Below, one piece after another: positions 45,297-60,945 of a stretch of 60,945 nt of DNA. Source of the DNA: a bacterium (GTDB lineage: Bacteria > Chloroflexota > Anaerolineae > Epilineales > Epilineaceae). Where the stretch lies: NCBI GenBank assembly GCA_003576755.1, contig QEVT01000006.1, positions 1 through 60,945 of the forward strand, read 5' to 3'. Below the pieces are notes generated by a model that was not told the DNA's origin, ran no database searches, and saw only the letters and a program-made list of their open reading frames with translations. The position numbers were made by a program, and so were the translations under genes. How positions within the stretch are numbered: position 1 is the first letter of the stretch; every line of letters starts with the position of its first letter.

Positions 45297-48200
45297 CGCG
45301 TGCTCTCGCCTTCTCCGCGACTGACGGCGGCCGTCAGCTCCGCCAGCAGCAGCTCGGCGGCCTGCGCTTCCGACAGATGCTCGATCTCGGCCTCCGTCGC
45401 CTGCCGAGCTCCGGCGGCCCCGAAGTCGTGGGCGGCCTGAGGCTCCTGTCCGCCGGTGGCCCCCCGTCCGCTCTGCGCCGCCGACGCGCTCGCGGGCCGC
45501 CCGGCGTCGGCCGCCGCCGAGAGCACGGTGTTCAGATGATCGGCCAGCGCCTCGACGCTGGGGTGGTCGAACACGAGCGACGCCGGCAACGGCCGGGCAA
45601 GCGCCAGGTCCGCGCCGAGGACGTTGCGCAGCTCGACGGCCATGAGCGAATCGAGGCCCAGCGCGTGCAACGGCCGGCCGGTGTCGAACGGCTGGTCGGG
45701 CTCGATCCCGATGACGCGGCGTGCGCGGTCGCGGACGAAGCCGACCAGGAGCGCCCGCCGGCGGCCAGCCGGAGCCGCGGCGAGGGTGCGGCGGAAGGCC
45801 GCCTCCGGCGCGTCCGCGATGGCGCGATGTCCGCCCGGCGGGGCGGGGGACGGTCGGCCCGCTGCCGGCGGGGCGGCCGGCACGGCTGCGGCGTCGACGA
45901 GACCGTCGCTCCAGCGCGCCGCCCGCCCCGCCGGCACCGCTTCGCGGAACCGCCGCCAGTCGACCGGTGAGACCACGATCTGTGCCGGGATGTGGGTGCC
46001 ATCGGCGGTCGACGCGACGACGAGATGGGCGAACGCCGCGAGCCCTTCCGCCGGCGCCATGGTCCCGACGCCCCGTGCCGCCAGCCGGACGGCGACGTCG
46101 CCCCGCGCTGCGCGGCCGATCTCGGACCACGCGCCCCAGTTGACGCTGAGCGCGGGCAGGCCCTGCGCCCGGCGGTGGTGGGCCAGGGCGTCCATGAACG
46201 CGTTGGCGGCGGCATGGTTGGCCTGCCCGGGCGACCCGATCACGGCCGAGAGGGACGAGTACAGGACGAAGTGGTCGAGCGGCCGGGCCGTGGTCAACCG
46301 GTGCAGGATCCACGCACCCTGCGCCTTGGCGGCGAACACCCTCGCGAAGCGCCCTTTGCTCTGCGAGAGCAGCGCGCCGTCGTCCAGCACGCCCGCAGCG
46401 TGGAACACGCCGCGCAAGGATGGCATCTCGGCGTCGATGGCCTGGACGAGGCGGCGCATCGCGGCCTCGTCCGCGACATCCGCCTGCTCGACACGGACTT
46501 CGACGCCGGCCCGCTCGAGCGCGGCGAGCCGGGTCCGGACGGCGGCGGACGGCGCGCGGTGCCCGACCAGGACGAGGGATCGGGCGCCCTGATCCACCAG
46601 CCACTCCGCCGTCAGAAGGCCGAGGCCGCCGAAGGCCCCCGTGATGAGGTAGGTGGCGTCGGCGCGCACCGCGGCGGCCGGATGGCGCACCACGAGCTTG
46701 CCGATGTGCTCGCCGCGGGCCATGATGCGGAAGGCGGCGGCCGTCTCGGACCACGCGAACGCCTGGTGCGGCAGCGGTTCCAGCCCGCCTGCCTCGATCT
46801 CGGCGGCGAGGCCCTGCACGAGGCGGCCGACGCGCACGGGGTCGGCGGTGAACATGGCCGCCATGTCGACGACACGGTATTGGGCCGCCGGCCGAACGGC
46901 CGCGACCCGAGCGGCGTCCCAGATGCCGCGCTTGCCGATCTCGACGAAGCGGCCGTCGTGCGCCAGCGCCGCCAGGCTCGGCGCGATGAAGGGGTCGGCC
47001 AGCGCGTTGAGCACGACGTCGACGCCGCGACCGCCCGTGATGTCGAGGACGGCGGCGGCGAAGTCCTCGGCACGCGAGCTGAAGACATGGGCCACGCCGA
47101 GCGATCGGAGGTGGGCACGCTTGGCGTCGCTCCCGGCCGTGGCGAAGACCTCGGCGCCCGCCCGGTGCGCGACCTGCACGGCGGCCAGCCCCACCCCGCC
47201 CGCCGCCGCATGGATCAGCACCCGCTCGCCAGCCCGCAGGCTCGCGACCTCGCGGAGGGCGTGGGCGGCAGTCATGAACGCGACGAGCACGGTCGCCGCC
47301 GCGTCGATCGACAGCCCCACCGGCTTGCGCACGACCAGGGCGCGGTGGGTCGTGACGTGCGACGCGAAGGCCCCCGGTGCGACGGCAAGCACCGCCTCGC
47401 CGATCGCGAGGTCGTCGACCCCGGGGCCCAGCGCAGCGACCGTGCCCACGCACTCGCCGCCGAGCGGTCCGGCATCGCCTGGGTAGGCCCCCAACGCGTT
47501 GAGCACGTCGCGGAAGTTGAGACCGGTGGCCTGAACGCGAATCTCGACCTCGCCGGGCCCCGGAGGCCGGCGCTCCGCCGGCTGCCAGCGCAGGCTCTCG
47601 ATCACCCCCGGCGTGGCCGTGACCAACCGGTACGGGCCGCGCGGTGGGGTGGACGGACCGATGGCGGCCGCGGGCGGCCTGGCGGCCAGGCGCGCCAGGC
47701 GCGTGACGAACGTGGCTCCGCCGCGCAGGGCGAGCCGGTCCTCGTCGCCGCCCGCCGCCAGCGCCGCCGCGAGCGCGGCGGCGCTCTCCGCGTCGGTGGC
47801 GCGCGGGTCGAGATCGATGCATGTGCAACCGAGCTGCGGATGCTCCAGGGCAATGGTCCGCGCCATGCCCCACAGCGTGGCGTGCGCCAGGCCGGGCGAC
47901 GCCGGCGCTTCCGCGTCGCTCCGAGGCGCCCCGCTCGCCGTCGGATCCGATCCCACGACCTGGCTGCCGCGCGTCACCAGCCACAGGCGCGGCGGCACCG
48001 CCGCGTCCGAGCGGACGATCGCCTGTGCCACGTGCAGGGCGCCGAGGCTGCCCGGGCCTTGCACCGCTGCCACGGCGACGGCATCGGCGTCGCCCGCGAG
48101 CGGCGCGTCCAGGCTCCAGAGATGCACGACGCCGTTCAGCGCCACCCCGAGCTGGGCCTGAACCGCCCGCAAGGCGGCCTCGACCGCGCCAGGGTCGGTT

Positions 48201-51200
48201 GGATCGACGGTCTGCGTGCCGGCGTCCGCGCCCGGGGCCGCGCCGGGCCGCGCCCGTACCCGACCCACGCGGCCGCCGTGCCGTTCGATCGCCGCCGCCA
48301 GGGCGGCGCCGACGCCGCCGGCATCTTCCAGGATGAGCCATGCGCCGGGCACGGCGACGTGCGCCGTCGCCGATTCCGCGGGCGCCGCGGCGGTGATGAC
48401 CGCCTGCGGGAAGAGCGCGGACGCGTCGTCGCTGCTCGCGCGCACGACCGACGGGTCGCCGAAGCCGCAGTCGGTCAGCAGGCGCGCCCAGCGGTCCGGC
48501 GCCAGGAGCGGATACGCCGGCCGCAGTCCCACGTCGGCAAAGCGCCACCAGCCGTCGGTCAGCCCGAAGGTGAGGTCCACCCACCGCCGCGCGGCCGTGC
48601 CTTCGAGCAGGACCAGGCGACCGCCCGGGGCCAGGAGACGCCGCACATGACCGAGCGTCGCCGCAAGGTCGCGCGTGGCGTGCAGAACGTTGGCCGCCAC
48701 GATGACGTCGAACGCTCCCGGCGCGTGGCCCTGGGCCTCGGGATCGCGCTCGATGTCGAGGCTGCCGAAGGTCACCCACGGCCAGTCGGCCAGCTTCGCG
48801 CGCGCCTTGGCCACCAGCGCGGCCGAGATGTCGGTGAACGTGTAGCGGGTGCGCTCCGCCGGCAGGCGCGGCAGGATGAACGCCGTGGTGCCCCCCGTGC
48901 CGGCGCCGATCTCCAGCACGCGCAGCGGCCGATCGGCCGGCATGCCGGCCGCCGCCGCCGCGACGGCCTCGGCCACCAACGCGTTGGCGTGGCGGGCCGT
49001 CGCCGAATCGCGGTACAGCGGATCGAGCAGCGCCGTCGAGCCGCCCGGGAACAACAGCGACAGGGGATCGCACGCGCCGGTCAGCACCTCCGCCAGACGC
49101 GCCCCACAACGCTCCAACAGCGCAAGCTCGGCCTGGCCGCCGGGATGAACCGCGCGGAGCGACCGCAGCTCGGTCGCGGGATCGCCGGGCTCCGGCGCCC
49201 GCCCCACCCGCCACGACCCGCCGGCCTCGCGGCGCAAGACCCCCTCCTCCGCGAGCATCTCGAGCATGCGGGCCACCAGCCGCTCCTTGCCGGGGGCGAT
49301 GCCCAAGCGGCCGGCCAGCGTGTCGACCTCGATGAGGGCGCCGGGTGTCAGCGGGCAGCCCACGGTGTCCAGCGCGGCGGCGGCGAACGCCGCGCACAAC
49401 CGGTCCAGCGCCGGCAGGAGGTCGACGGGATCGGCCTGTGCCGGAACCTCGGGCGGCGCGGCGCCGCCTTCGACATCGGGCGTGTCGGCGCGCGCAAGAC
49501 CGCCACGTGCCCCGTCGCGGGCGCCGCGGTCCGCGCCTTCCGCATCGTGCGGCGCGGCCGGCGGCTCCCAACGGGGTGCGTAGAGCCAGTCGCGCCAATC
49601 GCGCCAGCCCGCCGGTGGCCCGTCGGCGGCGAGCGCTGCCGCTTCGACGCGCCTCAGCACGAGACCGCGCACATCGCCCACCCGCGTGCCGTCCGGCGCG
49701 AAGAGATGGATGTCGACCGTGCAGACGTCGCCGGGCGCGGCGCCGGCGCCCCGCGGCACGGCGTGGCTCCACAGGCGCGTGCCGGCGGGGCGGAAGAAGC
49801 GGACGGATTCGACGCCCACCGGCAGGTAGGGGTCGTTCGCCCGGTCCGGGACCGTCGACGTTGCGTCGCCCCGTCCGCCATGGCCGTTCCTGTCGCGCAT
49901 GCCCGCATGCCCGGGCGGCCAGGCGGCGAAGAGCACCTGCCAGCACGCATCGAGGAGCGCCGGATGCACCGCGTAGGTGTCGCGATCGGCCGCTTCGTCC
50001 GGCAGGACCACCTCGCCCAGCGACGCGCCCTCGCCGCCCCACAGATCGACGATGCCGCGGAACGCCGGGCCGAACGCGATGCCCCACGCCTCGAAGCGGC
50101 GGTAGTGGGCCGGGATGTCGACCGCCGCGCGGCAGCGTTCGCGGGCCCGCGCCAGCGAGACCGCGGCGCCGGCATCGTGATCGTTCGGCGCGGCGCCCTC
50201 GCCGCACCGCGCGATGCGGGCGGTGGCGTGCCGGAGCCATCGACCGGCGTCTTCCAGTCCGATGCTGAACACGTCGACCGTCGCGGCGCCGTGCCCGTCC
50301 GCCGTCACGACCGTCTGAAGCGTCCGCGCGGCGGCGCGATCCAACACCAGCCGGCGGTCGATCGCCAGGTCCTCTACCGTGCTTGGACCCTCGAGGGCGC
50401 GGGTGGCGGCCGCGAGCGCCAGCTCGACGTAAGCCGTGGCCGGGAGCACGACCTGCCCGGCAACGGCGTGGTCGGCGACGAACGCCGGGCGATCGGCCCG
50501 GAGCGTCGCCTCGAAGACGACGGCGTCGGACTGCGGCGATCCCACCCGATCGCCGAGCAGGGGATGCCCGGTGGCGGAGCGATGCGGCGCCCCGAATGCC
50601 GCGGGCACGTCGTCGAACTGCCGGTTTGCCGCGGGGCGGTCGCCGGCCCGCGCGGATGCCGCGGCCAGCCAGTAGCGCTGGCGCTGGAAGGGATAGGTCG
50701 GCAGCGCCAGGCGCCGCCGCGAGTAGGGGCGGTCGAACGCCGCCCAGTCGACGGACGCGCCGTGGGCGTAGAGCGTCGCGAGGCTGTCCAGGATGACCGC
50801 CCAATCGTCGCGTCCCCGGCGCAGCGAGGGCAGCCAGTGGCCTTCGCCCTCCGGCAGGCAGCGCTGGCCCAGCGCGATCAGCGTCGGGCGCGGCCCGATC
50901 TCGACGAACGCCGTGATGCCCCGCGCGCGCAGCGCCGCCATGCCTTCGGCGAACCGCACCGGCGATCGGGCGTGGCGGCGCCAGTACTCGGGCGTCGTCA
51001 CGTCACCGCCCGCGGCGACGCTGCCCGTCACGTTCGAGAGCACGGGCAGATGCGGGGCGTGGTAGGCGATGCCCCCCGCGGCCCGTTCGAAGGCGTCGAG
51101 CATCGGGTCCATCATGGGCGAGTGGAAGGCGTGCGAGACCTGCAGCCGGCGCCAGCGGATGCCGTCGGTGTCGAACCGGGCGCAGAGGGCGTCGACCGTC

Positions 51201-53545
51201 GCCGCCGGGCCCGAGACCACGACGTGCTCCGGTCCGTTCAGGGCGGCGATGGCCACCGCGCCGTGATGCGGCGCGATGGCGGCCCGCACGCGGTCCTCGG
51301 GCGCGAAGACGGCCGCCATCGCCCCGTCCCGGGGAAGCGCGCCCATCCCGCGCGCCCGTTCGGCGACCAGCCGCAGGCCGTCTTCCAGGCTGAAGGCGCC
51401 GGCCACGCAGGCAGCGGTGACCTCTCCGATGCTGTGGCCCAACACCGCGGACGGCGCGATCCCCCAGGCCCGCCACAGCTCCGCCAGGGCGTACCCCAAC
51501 GCGAACAGCGCCGGCTGGCTGTACGTGGTGTCGTCGATCCGGGCGGACGCATCGGGGTCGGCCGGGTCGGCGAACAGGACGTCGAGCAGCGGCCGGGCGA
51601 GATGCGGCCGGAGCAGCTCGGCGCAACGTTCGAGCGCGGACCGGAACACCGGTTGGGTATCGTACAGGCCGCGGCCCATCCCGGCGTGTTGCGCGCCCTG
51701 GCCGGTGAAGAGGAACGCCACGCGCGGCGGCGGCCGACCGTCGCGTTCGCCGGCGTGGAGACCGGCCGCCGGCCGGCCGTCGAGCCAGGCCGCGAGGTCG
51801 GCGCGCAGGGCGTCGGCGCGCGGTCCGACCCAGGCCAGGCGATGGTCGAAGTGCGCGCGGCCGGTGTTGGCCGTGAACCCGATGTCCGCCACGGAGAGGT
51901 CGGGATGGGCGCCGAGGTGGGCGACGTGGCGCTCGGCCAGCGCGCGCAGCGCCGGCGCCGAGCGGGCCGAGAGCGCGACCGCATGCAGCGGCCGCTCGAG
52001 CGGGGACGCGGCCGGCCCGGCGGGCCCCGCCACCGTCGTCGGGCCGCCCTGTCCCGCCCGGTCGACGCTTCGCGGCACGTCGCCGATCCGTGGGGCGGGT
52101 TCTCCGGGCGCGTGCCCCGACCCGCCGGCGCCCGCCACGTCGCCCGTGCTCGGGGCCGACTCGAGGACGACGTGGGCGTTGGTGCCGCTGAAGCCGAACG
52201 CGCTGACGCCGGCAAGCCGCGGTCCCGGACCTTCCGGCCACGGGGTGCGGCGCGTGGGGACGGTGATCGGCAGGGCGGACCACGCCACGTGCGGGGTCGG
52301 CCGGGTGAGGTGAAGGTGGGGCGGGATCTCGCCGTGATGCAGCGCCAGCACGGTCTTGATCAGGCCCGCCACGCCGGCCGCGGATTCCAGGTGGCCCAGG
52401 TTGGTCTTGACCGAGCCGATCGCCAGCGGCCGGTCGGCGGGCCGGCCCGCGCCGTAGGCGGAGGCGAGCGCCTCGATCTCGATCGGGTCGCCCAGCGCGG
52501 TCCCCGTGCCGTGCGCCTCGACGTAGTGGACCGCTGCCGGCGCCACGCCGGCATCGGCCAGGGCGTCGCGGATGACGTCGGCCTGGGCCGTCCCGTTCGG
52601 CACGGTCAGGCCGCCGCTGGCGCCGTCCTGGTTGATGGCCGAGCCGCGAATGACCGCCAGCACGCGATCGCCGTCGGCCACGGCGTCCGCCACGCGCTTG
52701 AGGACGACCACGCCGCAACCCTCGCCGCGCGCGAAGCCGTCGGCGCGTGCGTCGAACGTCTTGCAGCGGCCGTCGGGCGCCAGCATGCCCCACTTCGAGA
52801 AGCTGACGAACAGCTCGGGCGCGAGCACGGCGTTGACGCCGCCGGCCAGCGCCAGATCGCAGCCGCCGCTGCGCAAGCTCTGGCACGCGGTGTGCACGGC
52901 CACGAGCGACGAAGAGCACGCGGTGTCGATGGCCAGGCTGGGGCCGCGCAGGCCCAGGATGTAGGCCACGCGCCCGGGCGCGGCGTTGAGCACGTTGCCC
53001 GAGGTCAGGTAGGCGTCGATGGCGGCCGGATCCATCCGCCGGGTGTGCAGTTGCAGGTAGTCCGACGTCGTGATGCCGACGAACACGCCCGAGCGGCTGC
53101 CGGCGAGGCGGTCCGGCGCGATCCCGGCATGCTCGAGCGCTTCCCACGCCACTTCGAGCAGCATCCGGTGCTGCGGGTCCATGCTCGGAACCTCGCGCGG
53201 CGCGATGCCGAAGAAGGCGGGATCGAACCGATCGACGCCCGCGACGAAGCCGCCCCGGCGGGCGACCATCTTCCCGGGCGCCGCCGGGTCCGGATCGTAC
53301 CAGGCGTCGACGTCGAATCGTTCGCGCGGGATGTCTCCCGTGGCGTCCCGTCCATCGGAGAGCAGCCGCCAGAAGTCGTCCGGGCCGTCGACACCCCCCG
53401 GCAGCCGGCAGCCGATGCCGATCACCGCGATCGGCGCGCGCCGGCGCTGTTCGTCGGCCTTCAGCCGCGCGCGCAGCCGGTCGATGGCATCCAGCGCGTC
53501 CGACAGCCGGGCGGCGAGGTCGTGGGGAGGCATCATCGCGTTCAT
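45293..53545 (-). CDS. Type I PKS, module B: KS-AT(malonyl-type)-DH-cMT-ER-KR-ACP
   Basis: ATG 53545 lies 6 nt after the gene A stop. The KS has [13 protein letters not shown] and KTNLGHLESAAG. The AT has GHSIGE and HAFH. The DH has HPLLG...DHAVAGQVVLP and [10 protein letters not shown]. The cMT has RVLEIGAGTGGTT and GLTDGWWRFAD. The ER has [13 protein letters not shown]. The KR has [16 protein letters not shown] and GQANHAAAN (His). The ACP has LGLDSLMAVEL. Confidence 0.95.
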
Positions 53546-53551
53546 CGGCGG

Positions 53552-59482
<5,931 letters not shown>

Positions 59483-59814
59483 GGATGATCGAAGCAATCG
59501 AATGGACCTGAAAAGCGAATCGCCAATCGTCAACGATCGAATACCCCGGCACCGCACCGCCGCTGTCGTTGCCTGTCGGCCGTCCGACGCGGCGGATCCC
59601 CCATACGGGATCCTCCCGCCGGAGCGATGGTGCCACCGGGACGCGATGTGGACCGGTCTGGTGCCGGGCATGGGGTAAGACGAATGACGGAGGATGGGAG
59701 ATATGGCCCCGGCGCACCCTCGCGCCTCGCTGTGGATTCCCCCGAATTAATAAAATCCCGCGTCGATCGTATTTAAGGCGTGCACACCTGACCTTTCCCC
59801 CGGGGGAGCCGAAC
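59483..59814. promoter_or_regulatory. Divergent intergenic region between the PKS operon and the ECF sigma gene; presumed promoters and operators
   Basis: GC content is visibly lower than in the flanks. It contains an AT-rich island GAATTAATAAAAT (59744-59756), which includes TAAAAT (59751-59756) and the palindrome ATTAAT. An inverted repeat GGATT-N15-AATCC spans 59734-59758. A GGGGGAG Shine-Dalgarno at 59802-59808 precedes the sigma ATG. No transcription start evidence is available. Confidence 0.4.
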
Positions 59815-60357
59815 ATGCATCCGACCGATGCTCCAGAACCCAGGTGGATCGAGCGGGCCCTGGCCGAGTTCGAGGGCCCGCTCCTCCGCCACGCGTTGCG
59901 CATCACCCACGATCCCGAGCTGGCGCGCGATGTCGTGCAGGACGCGTTCCTGCGCCTGTGCCGCGCGGACCCGGCCGAGATGGGCGACCACGTCGGGCAG
60001 TGGCTGTTCGCGGTGTGCCGCAACCGGGCGCTGGACGTCTCCCGAAAGGAGCAGCGCGTGAGCACCCTGAGCACCGCCGGGCCGCCCGCCGCCGCCGGCG
60101 CCGAGCCCGGCCCCGAGATCGTGGCCGAGCGCCGCGAGCGCGAGCGGCGCACGGCCGCCGCCGTGGCGAGCCTGCCCGACGAGCTGCAGGAGGTCATCCG
60201 CCTGAAGTTCCAGGATGGCCTCAGCTACAAGGAGATCGGCGCGGCGACGGGCAAGACCGTGTCGCGCGTGGGCGTGCAGATCCACGCCGCCATGCAGAAG
60301 CTGCGGGCGCAGCTGTTGGAAGGGCCCGCCGACGGGCCCGCCGGGGAGGCGAGGTGA
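59815..60357 (+). CDS. ECF (group 4) sigma-70 family RNA polymerase sigma factor
   Basis: 180 aa from ATG 59815, which has a Shine-Dalgarno. Region 2 reads LLRHALRITHDPELARDVVQDAFLRL...WLFAVCRNRALD. Region 4 reads LPDELQEVIRLKFQDGLSYKEIGAATGKTVSRVGVQIHAAMQKLR. Confidence 0.88.
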   Translation: MHPTDAPEPRWIERALAEFEGPLLRHALRITHDPELARDVVQDAFLRLCRADPAEMGDHVGQWLFAVCRNRALDVSRKEQRVSTLSTAGPPAAAGAEPGPEIVAERRERERRTAAAVASLPDELQEVIRLKFQDGLSYKEIGAATGKTVSRVGVQIHAAMQKLRAQLLEGPADGPAGEAR

Positions 60358-60362
60358 ACCCC

Positions 60363-60944
60363 ATGAACGATCCCATCCGACCCGCCGCCGCCGCGGACCG
60401 GGGCTTTTCCGACCACGACCTGACCACCTGGGCGCTCGGCGAGCTCGACGCCCTGGACCCCGCCACGATCGCCGCCATCGAGGCGGCCGTGGCGCACGAC
60501 GACGCGACCCGGGCCGCGGTGGCGTCCGCCCGGGACCTCGCGGACGCGCTCGCCGCGACGTTCGCGCCGGACCGCGCCGCCGCGCCGGACCTGCGCTTGA
60601 GCGACGATCAGCGCGCGGCGATCCGCGCGGCCGCGGCACCGGATGCCCGCGCGGCATCCGCGCGGCCGCACGTGTCCCGCGCCGCCGCACGCGATGCCGC
60701 CCCGAGCAGGCGCGGCGCGCTCCGCCGCGGCGTCTCCCACGCCGTGCGCACCGCCTGGTCGACCGTGCGCGGCTGGTCGCTCGGCTGGCAGCTCGGGACG
60801 CTGGCGTCGGCGGCGATCGTGCTCGTCTTCGTCGTCCTCCCCACCGTCTCGTGGCTCGGCGCCTGGGGGCGGCACACGGCGGAGGGCGCGCGGGAGTGGA
60901 TGGAGGCCGCAGCACCCTCCGATCGCCACGCTGCGCCGGCGGCC
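60363..60944 (+). CDS. Putative membrane-spanning anti-sigma factor (3' end lies outside the window)
   Basis: The frame is open from ATG 60363 to the window edge. An in-frame GTG at 60354 overlaps the sigma stop as GTGA. The N-terminus reads DHDLTTWALGELDALDPATIAAIEAAVAHDDATRAAV, which looks like an anti-sigma domain. One predicted TM helix reads LGTLASAAIVLVFVVLP. This ORF is absent from the ORF track because no stop codon falls within the window. Confidence 0.6.
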   Translation, partial: MNDPIRPAAAADRGFSDHDLTTWALGELDALDPATIAAIEAAVAHDDATRAAVASARDLADALAATFAPDRAAAPDLRLSDDQRAAIRAAAAPDARAASARPHVSRAAARDAAPSRRGALRRGVSHAVRTAWSTVRGWSLGWQLGTLASAAIVLVFVVLPTVSWLGAWGRHTAEGAREWMEAAAPSDRHAAPAA

Positions 60945-60945
60945 G

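Noticed and set aside
59700-59814. A search for a canonical ECF promoter (GGAAC-N16/17-CGTC) upstream of the sigma gene.
   Set aside because: The GGATT or GAATT candidates and CGTC (59761-59764) are separated by 22 or 12 nt, outside the accepted spacing. No ECF promoter is claimed.

Overview
Very GC-rich (by eye >70%) bacterial chromosomal window. The left ~3 kb is housekeeping: the 3' end of dnaX, then ybaB and recR, a small convergent LuxR/GerE-type HTH gene, and a long-form trmB. From 59482 down to 3324 (minus strand, ~56 kb) lies one almost gap-free, translationally coupled 12-gene hybrid type I PKS/NRPS cluster. Working names A-H follow transcription order. The deduced domain order is: A KS-AT-DH-KR-ACP | B KS-AT-DH-cMT-ER-KR-ACP | C KS-AT-MT-ACP | D KS-AT-DH-cMT-ER-KR-ACP | E KS-AT-cMT-KR-ACP | F KS-AT-DH-ER-KR-ACP | G KS-(no AT)-KR-ACP-ST-C-A(Gly)-PCP | H C-A-PCP | alpha/beta hydrolase (no nucleophile) | alpha/beta hydrolase (Cys nucleophile) | GT-B glycosyltransferase | type II thioesterase. 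A divergent ECF sigma / anti-sigma pair occupies the right end. The most unusual points are: (1) a CurM/Ols-like sulfotransferase domain sits mid-line between an ACP and a condensation domain, not in a terminal ACP-ST-TE; (2) one module of this cis-AT line has no AT; (3) there is no cis TE or R release domain, and a Cys/pseudo-hydrolase pair plus a GT follow the last module instead; (4) three KRs carry His in place of the catalytic Tyr, and they are exactly the three that sit next to a cMT; (5) one AT has a non-canonical specificity motif; (6) gene G has an apparent 1-nt frameshift at its 5' end. I found no tRNA, rRNA, CRISPR array or mobile element. All domain calls come from hand-read motifs, since no database search was possible.
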